Origin: a virus
Taxonomy: Duplodnaviria > Caudoviricetes
Strand: one strand, 5' to 3'
DNA: 32,658 nt
IMG/VR virus record: IMGVR_UViG_3300008255_000313
Coordinates: 1 to 32,658 of that record
Shown in pieces: positions 1 to 9,526 of this stretch. Position 1 is the stretch's first letter. Each line of letters opens with the position of its first letter. The notes under the pieces are model-generated. The model made no database searches, was not told the origin of the DNA, and was given only the letters and a program-made list of their open reading frames with translations. A program made the position numbers and the translations under genes.

Positions 1-3000
1 AAGGTCACTACAGATAAGAAAGAAGCAGCAACATCAGCTCACATGGTTGGTAAAAATCTTAAGCATGTTGTAAGAATATATGATGTGTTTCAATTCTCTA
101 ATGAAGATGTGTTTGGTCTTATCCAAGAGAAGATGGATCCGCTACCTGAGTCTATTAAGTCTGACTTAGAAGATGCATTTGACAAAATAGTCATGCTTAA
201 AATTAAGAAGACGCCATTTCATCATGGAAGTAAAGCGTTTAAAGTAATTGCTCAAGAAGAATTAAGCCCAGAAGACTTTAAATTAGTTGATAATACGTTT
301 AACAAATATCAGTTATATGATATAATGGATGAGTTATTAGGAGCTAATGTTAAGTTTCATGACTATAATCCTGGTAATATCATGAGAAGAGGTAGCGACA
401 TAGTCGTTATCGACCTTGGTATATCTGAAGCGCCAGCCGGTGCCGTTGACGTTTTAGAAGCCGACGAAAAGAAAGCAAAGCCAAAAGGTATACCGCATCT
501 TGAGGATCTTAATCCTCAAGATTTTATGAAGTGGCTTGAGAAGTATAAAGATATTAAGTTCAATGGAAAGCTTGAAGTTTCTGAAAAGGTTGATGGTTCT
601 GCAAAGATGGATTTTGGAGTTGATCAACAGGGATTATGGGCAAAGTCTAAGAATGGTGGTAAGATGTATAGGTCATCGGCATGGGGAGAGAAGCCGATGT
701 TCAGAGCTCTTAGGAAGGCTCATGCTGCTCTCGAAACTAAGGCTGATGCCATTACCAAAGCGTGGCCAAAGGGGATTGAGAGTGTCTCCAGCGAGGTGCT
801 GTACACTAAAATTCCCAACTCGATAGAGTATGGTAAGAATATTATAATGATTCATGGTGTTGAAGCAGCTGGTGGAGAATCTATACAACCAAATGATTCA
901 AAAATAGCTGCTGAAACCATTATCAAACCTACCGGTGGAAAACTTAGTGCACTGGGAGATGACTGGCAATTTGAGTATAAACCTGTAATCTCAGGTGAAG
1001 ATGTAATGATAGATGTCAAAAAGGAATTTGATGACATTAAAAGTGTGTATGATGATTTAGTAAAGTCTTTACCAGATAAACTAAAGAAAGATGGTAAGCC
1101 AATATACAAAGGTCATCTAGAAAACTTTAAGAATATTCAAGCAGCAGTTAAAAAGAAACTTGTTGGTCAGCTCCGCGGAATGAAATCTGTGTATGGTCCT
1201 GAAGGTGGAGATGTTGAGGGCGTAGTATTTAGAGATCTTGAAGATGACTTCCTTGTAAAGCTCGTTGATAAAGAATACTTTTCTAAGCTCAATAAGTTCT
1301 TATGGTTCTACAGAGAGATGCTAAGTAAGGGTGCTAAGATTGGTGATGAATGGAAGCCAGGTGTTATTCAATCTCTTCGTAACATGATTGCTGATGATGT
1401 TATGGGAGCTCCTGTAGCAAAGACTCCAAGCTTCTCAGGTACACTAATAAAGTATTCGCAAGGACTTAAGTGGCCAAATGATGCTGATACAAAACAAAAG
1501 AAAGCAGATCATCTTCTTCACATATACATTAAAGATAATGGATTCATGGCAGGTGATTTTGCATCTAGATTTGAAAATGCTGTAGATAAAGCTGAAGAAC
1601 AGTTTAACATTCTTAAATCAGAGTGGGAAGATAAAAAGAAAAAGCCACAACATTATACAGTAAAGGATGATGAAGGTAAACCAATTAAGAAAGTTAAGAT
1701 GGATAACCTTATCATTGGTAGAACAGATGATGCGATGAAAGACATGAATGAATTCTTTTCTGGTATGCATCAAGCAATGAATAAAATAAGTTCATTCGAT
1801 GATGATACTAAAAGAGTTGCTCTAGTTAAGCTTATGATGGGAGATAACAGAGTGGAAAAACTTGAGCAAAGTATTGGATCAACCAACGAAGCTGGTGATC
1901 TGTTTGGAAAGAAAGACAGTCTTCCACAGGACCAGGGTGCTGCAGATAATTCTCAGTCAGCATCTCAGTTAGATCCTGCTAATGCAAAAGATGCCCAACA
2001 GCTTCTTACAAAATATTCAAAATTGCTTGCAGGGAAAAAGAAGATTAACATTCTTTCTGCAAAAGTTCTTGGTACTGGAACTCAAGGAACTGCATTCGAT
2101 ATTGGTGGTGATAAAGTTCTCAAGCTAACTAAAGATAAGAAAGAAGCAATTGCTAGTAATAAACTTCTAGGTTCAGCAATGGAATCTGTCGCAAAGATAT
2201 TTGATGTCTTTAAGTTAAAGGAAGAAGAAGTATACGGAATTGTACAGGAAAAGTTAGATCCTCTTTCTGCAAGCGAAAAGAAAGAATATAACGAGATGCT
2301 TGTCTTTACAGCAATTCCTTTATGGCTTAAGCACGCCAACACATGGGATGAAGCTGTTGATGAAACATTTAAGTTCGTTGTAAAGAAACGTGGTGATGGC
2401 GATGTAAAGTCTGATACTTCTAAAGAAGCCATTAGCAAAGCTGATAAGATCATTGATTCCCTTGAACAGAAGTTCAATATGAAAAAGATGTGGGAAGAAC
2501 TGAAAGCAAAAGGAATATCCTTTTACGACTTTCAAGGTGACAATTTAATGAAACGTGGTGGGGAATATGTTCTTATTGACATAGGACTCTCGAACGTAAC
2601 TGGTGGGCAGGAGCCTGGTGTCCTGGAAAGAATCATTAGGGAAACTGTATCAACACTTTTTAATGAAGCTAAAACAAAGAAAAGTTTAAATCCTGCAGAT
2701 ACTATTGGTGTTACAATAGGAAGATTTCAACCATTTCATTTGGGACATGCAGAAATTATAAGAAAGCTTGCATCACAGTTTACAAAAGTTATTATTCTAG
2801 TTGCAGGAAATAAACAAGATAAGAAGAATCCATTTTCATATGAGACAAGACTTGACATGATGAAAAAGTCTTTGCCTGATGTTGCTAATAAAATTGAAAC
2901 GTATAGGGCAGAATGGGATGGACGATCTTCCGGGTTTCTTCCTGGAGTAATTTCTAATATTATATCGAATAGTAAGTCTTCGATCAAACAAGATTCTGCA

Positions 3001-5106
3001 GTCAATATTCTTGTTGGACCAGATAGATACGATACGTTTAAAACGCAGATCGATGGTGCTGAGAAATATAAAGATAAGATTCCAGAGTTTAATCCATCAT
3101 TATATAACGTCGAGAAATTGCCTGGCGTCACTGGAGATATAGATGATTCAGGTAGAATTTCAGCAACTCAAATACGTGATGCTCTAGTAAAAAATGATAA
3201 AGTAGCAGTAAGCAAGATGTTAGATCCTCATATAGTTTCGAATGCTCAAGAGTTCGATCATCTATATGTCTCTCTTAGAGATGAGTTATCAAAAGTAACA
3301 GATATAAATGAAGCTACTAGTCTTGATAAAGCAGGTGGTGATGATGCGTTTGATGCAACTCTTAAAGCAAATCAAGAGAACTTGCAGAAATTAAAATCTA
3401 TTGATGTGAGCAAGTTACGAAAACTTGGTGCTGGTACAAAAGGAATAGCATACGATGTAGGTGGTGGTAAAGTTCTTAAGGTTACTTCAGATCATACAGA
3501 AGCTCAAGCAAGTCATAGTATTACAGGTGATACACTGAACAACGTTGTAAAGATTTTTGATGTATTTAAATTTGGTAAAGTAAAGTCTAATGATACACTA
3601 TACGGAATCGTGCAGGAAAAACTAGCGCCACTTAGTTCAACTGAGCAAAAAGAGATTGTTGAATTATTTAATTTTATAGATGCGTCTAGTAAACTTTTAA
3701 CATCAATTGCCACTGAAACATGGGATCAGTTTGTTAATAAGCTATACAGTGAAATTGAAGATGATGTTACAAAAGAACTTGGTGTTGATCCAAAGTCTCC
3801 AGCTGGCGAAAATAAGATAAGAAAAGTTGCAGCAAACAAGCACGCAGCAATTGTCGGGAAATTAAAGAAATATAATATTCATGGCATGATATCTGATTTA
3901 AGAAAATCTAATATCCAGTTTGCAGATTACCATGAGGGCAATGTTATGAAGCGTGGTAGCGAATATGTTATTAACGATTTGGGTATGTCAAAATCTCAAG
4001 GCGGTGATCCTCCAGTATTTGAAAACTTGCTTAGGTCAATGACTGAAAGTGTTATAAAAGAATTTGGTAGTGGTGGTACTATTGGTGGCGGATTAGGTCA
4101 TCATGCTGCTCAAGGTTCTGCTCAATCATCTGCCTGGTCTTCCGCATCTAAATTTAGAAAGCCATATGTCGATGATGAACTTCCTTTTGAGGATGATTAC
4201 ATGAATGAGGCTGAAGATAGTCCAGCTATTAAAACGTCACTACCTTTGGGTGAATGGAATAAATGGACAGAAAAGAGTAGTGACGTTCCATTTGGAATAG
4301 ATAAAGCTGACACAGGCCCTGGTGAAAAGAAATTATATTTTGAGTTTCATGGAAAAGATAGTGATCCTGAAAAGTGGAAGAGCACTGATAACACCTATGA
4401 TATACAAGGTCCATCAGGGGAAAAAATTGAAGTAAAGAAATATGGTAATTTTAGAAAAACTATAGAATTTGGCAAAGCACTTGATTTAAAAAGAAGAATA
4501 GAAAAAATAGCTCTCGAGCTTGATAAAGGACTGTCTTCTGTTGATAGCTCAAAATTGATTGAATTAGATCCTAATTTTAAAGAACTTTTAGATAAAGCAA
4601 AAATCATTGCAAACGAAATTCATAAATCAATAGGTGTTGGAATCTTAACTGGTAAAGAAGTTTCTAAACATTCTAAAACTGATGTAGGATTATTACAGAT
4701 TATTAGAGCTATTTATTATCAACACGAAAAGTATAAAGAAGATAGTGGCAATAAAAAAATTGATATTTTGGTAAATGATGAGATCATAAATATAACAAAA
4801 AGACAACATCTAAAAATACTAGATATTTTAAATATGAAATCTGATGGTGGCGAAAATATACTAGATGTTGTGTATTCAAAATTTCATGATCCCGTATTTG
4901 ATAATCCCGAAGAATTAAAAACTGTATGGGAATCAGGAAAAGATTTGTGGTACGAACTTTTTAATTCAGCAGATTATATAGCACTTGTTGATGAGACTAA
5001 AGGTTGGCAGCTTGTTGACAAGGAATTGCTTGGTCAACAAATTAGATGGACTGGATTTTCAAAGGGTGATTTAAAAATCGCTAAAGCTTTTAAGAAGAAA
5101 GTGTAA
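1..5106 (+). CDS. Multidomain polyprotein, 5'-truncated: kinase / ligase-like nucleotidyltransferase / kinase / cytidylyltransferase-like / kinase / PD-(D/E)XK-like domain
   Basis: Frame is open from base 1 (KVTTDKKEAATSAH precedes the ATG at 43) and matches the KLTKDKKEA and KVTSDHTEA segments of the later kinase repeats, so the real start lies upstream. Kinase motifs: GxGxxG, VLK, DxxxxN (HDYNPGN, YDFQGDN, ADYHEGN), DxG (DLG, DIG, DLG). Ligase motifs: EKVDG, EGVVFR, VKLVD. HIGH-fold motifs: GRFQPFHLGH ... ISATQIR. Confidence 0.85.
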   Translation, partial: KVTTDKKEAATSAHMVGKNLKHVVRIYDVFQFSNEDVFGLIQEKMDPLPESIKSDLEDAFDKIVMLKIKKTPFHHGSKAFKVIAQEELSPEDFKLVDNTFNKYQLYDIMDELLGANVKFHDYNPGNIMRRGSDIVVIDLGISEAPAGAVDVLEADEKKAKPKGIPHLEDLNPQDFMKWLEKYKDIKFNGKLEVSEKVDGSAKMDFGVDQQGLWAKSKNGGKMYRSSAWGEKPMFRALRKAHAALETKADAITKAWPKGIESVSSEVLYTKIPNSIEYGKNIIMIHGVEAAGGESIQPNDSKIAAETIIKPTGGKLSALGDDWQFEYKPVISGEDVMIDVKKEFDDIKSVYDDLVKSLPDKLKKDGKPIYKGHLENFKNIQAAVKKKLVGQLRGMKSVYGPEGGDVEGVVFRDLEDDFLVKLVDKEYFSKLNKFLWFYREMLSKGAKIGDEWKPGVIQSLRNMIADDVMGAPVAKTPSFSGTLIKYSQGLKWPNDADTKQKKADHLLHIYIKDNGFMAGDFASRFENAVDKAEEQFNILKSEWEDKKKKPQHYTVKDDEGKPIKKVKMDNLIIGRTDDAMKDMNEFFSGMHQAMNKISSFDDDTKRVALVKLMMGDNRVEKLEQSIGSTNEAGDLFGKKDSLPQDQGAADNSQSASQLDPANAKDAQQLLTKYSKLLAGKKKINILSAKVLGTGTQGTAFDIGGDKVLKLTKDKKEAIASNKLLGSAMESVAKIFDVFKLKEEEVYGIVQEKLDPLSASEKKEYNEMLVFTAIPLWLKHANTWDEAVDETFKFVVKKRGDGDVKSDTSKEAISKADKIIDSLEQKFNMKKMWEELKAKGISFYDFQGDNLMKRGGEYVLIDIGLSNVTGGQEPGVLERIIRETVSTLFNEAKTKKSLNPADTIGVTIGRFQPFHLGHAEIIRKLASQFTKVIILVAGNKQDKKNPFSYETRLDMMKKSLPDVANKIETYRAEWDGRSSGFLPGVISNIISNSKSSIKQDSAVNILVGPDRYDTFKTQIDGAEKYKDKIPEFNPSLYNVEKLPGVTGDIDDSGRISATQIRDALVKNDKVAVSKMLDPHIVSNAQEFDHLYVSLRDELSKVTDINEATSLDKAGGDDAFDATLKANQENLQKLKSIDVSKLRKLGAGTKGIAYDVGGGKVLKVTSDHTEAQASHSITGDTLNNVVKIFDVFKFGKVKSNDTLYGIVQEKLAPLSSTEQKEIVELFNFIDASSKLLTSIATETWDQFVNKLYSEIEDDVTKELGVDPKSPAGENKIRKVAANKHAAIVGKLKKYNIHGMISDLRKSNIQFADYHEGNVMKRGSEYVINDLGMSKSQGGDPPVFENLLRSMTESVIKEFGSGGTIGGGLGHHAAQGSAQSSAWSSASKFRKPYVDDELPFEDDYMNEAEDSPAIKTSLPLGEWNKWTEKSSDVPFGIDKADTGPGEKKLYFEFHGKDSDPEKWKSTDNTYDIQGPSGEKIEVKKYGNFRKTIEFGKALDLKRRIEKIALELDKGLSSVDSSKLIELDPNFKELLDKAKIIANEIHKSIGVGILTGKEVSKHSKTDVGLLQIIRAIYYQHEKYKEDSGNKKIDILVNDEIINITKRQHLKILDILNMKSDGGENILDVVYSKFHDPVFDNPEELKTVWESGKDLWYELFNSADYIALVDETKGWQLVDKELLGQQIRWTGFSKGDLKIAKAFKKKV

Positions 5107-5111
5107 GTTCC

Positions 5112-5563
5112 GTGTATCACTGGAGCTATTATCAAGATAACAATGATTTATTTCTTGATAACAAATCGAAAACTGTTATAAAGAAACATCGTGGAATAGA
5201 TTTAAAAGAGATTGATAATCTTTTTAATCGTTTAAAAGAGATTCACTTTCCATTTTTCTTTACTGAGGGATTGGAAAGCATATATTTTACTTATCTAAAG
5301 CGTGGTCTTGAAGGTGACTATGATTGGGATGGTAACATTCATATAGCATTTAATAAGAAGTATGATGCCGCGGCAACTATCATCCAGATATTAACAGAGA
5401 ACCATCTGAATTTTTTGCAATGGCATTTGAAAGCTTCTATATAAAAAAAGAAAGTAGAGATACTTTGTTCGCAGATATACCATACACACATTTTGAAGTA
5501 ATCAACATATTTGAAAAACATCTTAACAACTTAGAGAATATAAAAAGTAAGGAGCCGCTATAA
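5112..5563 (+). pseudogene. Apparently broken zincin-like metallopeptidase gene (frame switch near 5381)
   Basis: ORF 5112-5444 reads ...EGDYDWDGNIHIAFNKKYDAAATII and then degenerates. A second frame open 5366-5563 encodes HPDINREPSEFFAMAFESFY...TLFADIPYT, resembling the ExFA/third-ligand region of zincins. No HExxH is present in either frame. Confidence 0.5.
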
Positions 5564-5639
5564 TAAAAATTAAAGAAGTATAAAACGAAATAGTAAAATT
5601 AATTAACAATAACAACCACAATTAACAAGGAAAAATTAT

Positions 5640-6473
5640 ATGAACCTACAACAAATTAGAGATAAATTGGCTGTCCTTAAAAACAAAACACAAAAGAAAA
5701 ATGATCTTTGGAAACCAACTGATGAGCATACTGTTAGATGTCTTCCATATCCGCATGGTGATGAACCATTCATTGAACTAGGATTTCACTATGAACTTGG
5801 TGCAGTAAAATCATTGTTATGTCCAAAGTTTAACTTTGGAGATGATTGTGCCATCTGCGATTTGGCAGATAGCTTGAGAAGCTGGAATGATGCAGATGGA
5901 AATGAAAAGCCACAAGCAGTAAGACAGGCTGATTTCGAATTGTTTAGGAACATACATGTTAAAGAAAGGTATTTCGTTCCTGTATTAGATCGTGCTGATG
6001 AATCTCTTACACCGAAGTTTTGGTCTTTTAGTCCAACAATTTATAAAGCTCTACTTGAAATTTGTGTTGATGAAGAAAACAATACAATTACTGGTACTGA
6101 AGGCGCTGGTGTTCTTACAAATCCAAAGTCAGCATTTGATCTATCTATTAATCTTCAAAAGAAAAAGAATGAAGATGGTAAGGGAAATAATAAACCTTGG
6201 CCTATTACTGAAGTAAAAGAAAAGAAGCGACCATCAAAACTTCTTAAATCAGATAGCGATGTTGAAGAACTTCTTGCAAAGATTCCTGATATATATACAG
6301 TATACACAAAAGTTTCTTCAAATGAAGCAAAGAAAATTTTTACAAGCTTTGTAAACTCTGGAGTTAAAAGAGATGTCATAGTTAAAGACTCTGGTACCGA
6401 GTATAGTGCAAACACTGCAGAGAAGCCTGTTGAGGGTGGTCAATCAATTGATGAGGCATTTGATAATTTATAA
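5640..6473 (+). CDS. Single-stranded DNA-binding protein, T4 gp32-like
   Basis: VRxLP, HY...CP..FGDDCAICD Zn-site region, KFWSF, acidic C-terminal tail (IDEAFDNL); AAGGA SD; next to recombinase and helicase genes. Confidence 0.85.
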   Translation: MNLQQIRDKLAVLKNKTQKKNDLWKPTDEHTVRCLPYPHGDEPFIELGFHYELGAVKSLLCPKFNFGDDCAICDLADSLRSWNDADGNEKPQAVRQADFELFRNIHVKERYFVPVLDRADESLTPKFWSFSPTIYKALLEICVDEENNTITGTEGAGVLTNPKSAFDLSINLQKKKNEDGKGNNKPWPITEVKEKKRPSKLLKSDSDVEELLAKIPDIYTVYTKVSSNEAKKIFTSFVNSGVKRDVIVKDSGTEYSANTAEKPVEGGQSIDEAFDNL

Positions 6474-6491
6474 ACTTAAATGTATCTGATT

Positions 6492-6522
6492 AAAGGGAGG
6501 TACACCATGTGCCTCCCTTTTT
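6492..6522 (+). terminator. Intrinsic terminator after SSB gene
   Basis: AAAGGGAGGTACA-cca-TGTGCCTCCCTTT hairpin (one G-T pair) ending in a T run. Confidence 0.8.
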
Positions 6523-6540
6523 ATATCAAGCGAGGACAAT

Positions 6541-7023
6541 ATGAAATGTTATAAGATTAAAAAAGTTGGTGAGCCATTTGATGGACTGATTGTCAATGGT
6601 GATGAAGAAAATATGATTCATAATCTTGATGAAGAAGAAGAGAATTTAATTTCCATCAGTAGAATTCATATGAAGCATACTCTATTCGATTCTTATTCAT
6701 TACCAATAGAAGATGGTTGCTTATATGTAACTGCGAAAAATCTTGTTGAGTATGAAGAAGTTGATAGCGAACAGCTGACTGACAATCCATTTGGAAAGTT
6801 TGTATATGATGGTAGATTGAATAAAGGAAGTATTCAGCTTGTATGGGTGCTATATGAGAAGTCTCTTAATGTTAAAGTACGTAATGGAAGTAATGCAATC
6901 TACTCACACAATTTTATGGACTACGAAAAGCTGATGTCAGCTAAAGATTTTTTAAGATACATTCAAACGAATGCACTCTACGATTGGGATAATCTTGTAT
7001 TCGATCTCGCAAGGTATGAATAA
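6541..7023 (+). CDS. Hypothetical protein
   Basis: 160 aa ORF with GAGGA SD; its stop abuts the recombinase ATG. Confidence 0.75.
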   Translation: MKCYKIKKVGEPFDGLIVNGDEENMIHNLDEEEENLISISRIHMKHTLFDSYSLPIEDGCLYVTAKNLVEYEEVDSEQLTDNPFGKFVYDGRLNKGSIQLVWVLYEKSLNVKVRNGSNAIYSHNFMDYEKLMSAKDFLRYIQTNALYDWDNLVFDLARYE

Positions 7024-8154
7024 ATGGCAAAGCTTAATGAACAAGAAGCAATAACTAAACTCCTTATTAAAGAAATGAATAAGGGTCATGATCTTCCTAT
7101 AGCATTTAGTTTGAATGAATCTAATCCTACTGAAGTAAAAGATTTTATTTCGACAGGATGTACTACTCTTGATTACTGTATTGCCAATAGAAGAAACGGT
7201 GGTATACCTGCAGGTAAATTAACTGAGATTGTAGGTGAAGAAGCATCTGGCAAATCTCTTCTCGCTACTCAGATACTCGCGAACACACAGAAAAAAGGTG
7301 GCATCGCAGTTTTATTTGATACTGAGAATGCTGCTAATCCAGATTTTATGAAGCGTGTTGGCCTTGATGCAGCGAAGCTTGTTTATATGCAGCCTGGCTG
7401 TATCGAAGATTGTTATGAAACAATTGAAAAAATAATAACAGCTGCTCGAGCAAAAGATACTGAGTGTCCTGTTACAATTGTTTGGGATTCAACTGCAGCA
7501 ACTCCGCCTAGAGTTGAACTTGAGACAAGTGATTACGATCCTAACTCCCGAATTGGCTTAGCAGCTAAGGCTCACGCTAAGGGTCTCAGAATGTTAACTA
7601 AATCTATTGGTTATGATAAAGTAACATTGGTATTTTGTAATCAGCTTAAAGTTAAAATTGGTGTAATGTATGGAGATCCAATGACTACACCAGGAGGTAA
7701 GGCCGTACCATATCATGCTTCCATTAGAATTAAGTTGGTTAAAGGTAAACCAGTAGAAGAAGGTGAATCTGCAAAACTTAAAGAGCATGTAGGCGTTATG
7801 TCTAAAGCAACTGTCTTTAAGTCTAGACTTGGTCCACCTAAGAGAGCAGCGTCGTTTAATATTTTGTTTTCATCTGGTGTTGATGACTTGAGCAGTATCA
7901 GAGATTATTTGTGGGAGAAACGTGGATTTATTGTGAAGGCTGGAGGCTGGATGAAAATGCCAGGGCCAGACGGTAAAGAGTTAAAGTTCAGAGAAAATGA
8001 GTGGGCATCACTGATGAAAGATAAAACAGTGTATGATTATGTTCTTGATAAGCTTGAAAAGTTTATGGTTGTAACATATGATGATGAAGATGTTCCTGAT
8101 TATGATTTTGATGAAAATTCGTTGCTTGAAGTTGAAGGAGCTATAGACGAGTAA
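7024..8154 (+). CDS. uvsX: RecA/UvsX-like recombinase
   Basis: FISTG..TLD, GGIPAGKLTEIVGEEASGKS (Walker A), DTENA, IVWDS (Walker B), NQLK.KIGVMYGDPMTTPGGKA.PYHASIRI. Confidence 0.93.
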   Translation: MAKLNEQEAITKLLIKEMNKGHDLPIAFSLNESNPTEVKDFISTGCTTLDYCIANRRNGGIPAGKLTEIVGEEASGKSLLATQILANTQKKGGIAVLFDTENAANPDFMKRVGLDAAKLVYMQPGCIEDCYETIEKIITAARAKDTECPVTIVWDSTAATPPRVELETSDYDPNSRIGLAAKAHAKGLRMLTKSIGYDKVTLVFCNQLKVKIGVMYGDPMTTPGGKAVPYHASIRIKLVKGKPVEEGESAKLKEHVGVMSKATVFKSRLGPPKRAASFNILFSSGVDDLSSIRDYLWEKRGFIVKAGGWMKMPGPDGKELKFRENEWASLMKDKTVYDYVLDKLEKFMVVTYDDEDVPDYDFDENSLLEVEGAIDE

Positions 8155-8561
8155 TGTTATATACTGCAGGTGACATAATTCGATTTACTTATATTTCAAG
8201 TAGCACTAATAAATTTAAGGAAGCATTTGTAATACATAACAATTGGCAAGGAAAAGTCCATGCAATCGATATGAAGCTGCTAACTGTTGCTGAAAGAGAA
8301 GTTTTAAAGACAGTGATGGATCCTAAAGCTAAAGGTAAGACTCACAGATTTCCTCTCATTAATGATATTCTTACTAGGATGGATCCGTCTACACTTATTG
8401 AAAATCCAGTTGGTTTTTATAATCAATTAATTAAACCATTTATTAGAAACAAAAATGTCTATAGGACTTATTTTCCACAAAAAATGACAGGTATACAAAT
8501 CATTGATGCAAAAGATGTTCAAGCTCCTTCTACAGGATTTAAGCCGCTGTTTGGTGGATAA
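8154..8561 (+). CDS. Hypothetical protein (weak resemblance to T4 gp2-like DNA end protector)
   Basis: 135 aa, TAATG-coupled at both ends; GDIIRFTY / HAIDMKLL / YRTY pattern only loosely recalls gp2-like proteins. Confidence 0.6.
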   Translation: MLYTAGDIIRFTYISSSTNKFKEAFVIHNNWQGKVHAIDMKLLTVAEREVLKTVMDPKAKGKTHRFPLINDILTRMDPSTLIENPVGFYNQLIKPFIRNKNVYRTYFPQKMTGIQIIDAKDVQAPSTGFKPLFGG

Positions 8562-9526
8562 TGAAACGTTATATCATAATTGATGGATTGAATTTCTTCA
8601 TTCGTTCATTCACAGTTAATCCAACTATGGATGTTAATGGAGCTCACATCGGTGGATTTCTTGGTTTTCTTATGGGTCTTAACAAACTTATAAGAGAAAA
8701 CAATCCTACTGATGTGCTCGTCATATGGGATGGAGAAGGTGGCTCGCTAAAGCGTAGATCGATGTACAAAGATTACAAGGCTGGTAGAAAGCCAAAGCTC
8801 AACAGACAATACGATTTTGAAAATGTCGATGAACAGATTGTAAGTTTTGCGCATCAGATCAATATGCTTAATGAGTATCTTGATTATTTACCTGTAACAG
8901 CTATAAAAATAAATGGTCTTGAAGCTGATGATGTGATTGCATATCTTTGTAATCTTGTTCTTGATAACGAAGATCAAAAAATTATAGTTTCAACCGACAA
9001 AGATTTCTACCAATTGTTGTCAAACAACGTTACAATATATGTTCCAACAAAGAAAAAGTATATCACAATAAAAGAATTAAAAGATACGGTGAATATATTG
9101 CCTGAGAATTTTATACTCATGAAAGCTCTCATGGGAGACAATAGTGACAACGTAAAAGGTATCAAAGGTATTGGAGAGAAAACTGTAATAAAATTATTTC
9201 CATTTTTATCTGAAAAAATATGCGAATTAAAAGATATCTTTAATCATGCTGATGAAAATAAAGACAAGAATATCAAATACAAAAGCATCATTAGTCAGAG
9301 GGAAATAATTATCAATAACGTGAGTATTATGCAGCTATCGAGCCAATCGATGAATCCGCTTTTTGCTAAGATAATAAGACAGAAAGCTCTTAAAAAAGAT
9401 ACACAATACAAACCTACTGCTATGAGAATACAATTGACTCGTGATGGAATTCAATTGAATGTAGCAGATTTCTTTGTTAACTTTAAAGATTTTAGTAACA
9501 AGAAATCAATTCTGCAGGGAAAATAA
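8561..9526 (+). CDS. 5'-3' exonuclease / flap endonuclease (T4 RNase H or Pol I N-terminal type)
   Basis: IIDGLN, WDGEGG, YKAGR, EADDVIA, STDKDFYQL, GDNSDNVKGIKGIGEKT (helix-hairpin-helix). Confidence 0.93.
   Translation: MKRYIIIDGLNFFIRSFTVNPTMDVNGAHIGGFLGFLMGLNKLIRENNPTDVLVIWDGEGGSLKRRSMYKDYKAGRKPKLNRQYDFENVDEQIVSFAHQINMLNEYLDYLPVTAIKINGLEADDVIAYLCNLVLDNEDQKIIVSTDKDFYQLLSNNVTIYVPTKKKYITIKELKDTVNILPENFILMKALMGDNSDNVKGIKGIGEKTVIKLFPFLSEKICELKDIFNHADENKDKNIKYKSIISQREIIINNVSIMQLSSQSMNPLFAKIIRQKALKKDTQYKPTAMRIQLTRDGIQLNVADFFVNFKDFSNKKSILQGK

Noticed and set aside
43-45. ATG at 43 as the true start of the polyprotein
   Set aside because: The frame is open from base 1 and the upstream residues belong to the kinase N-lobe, so the gene begins outside the window.
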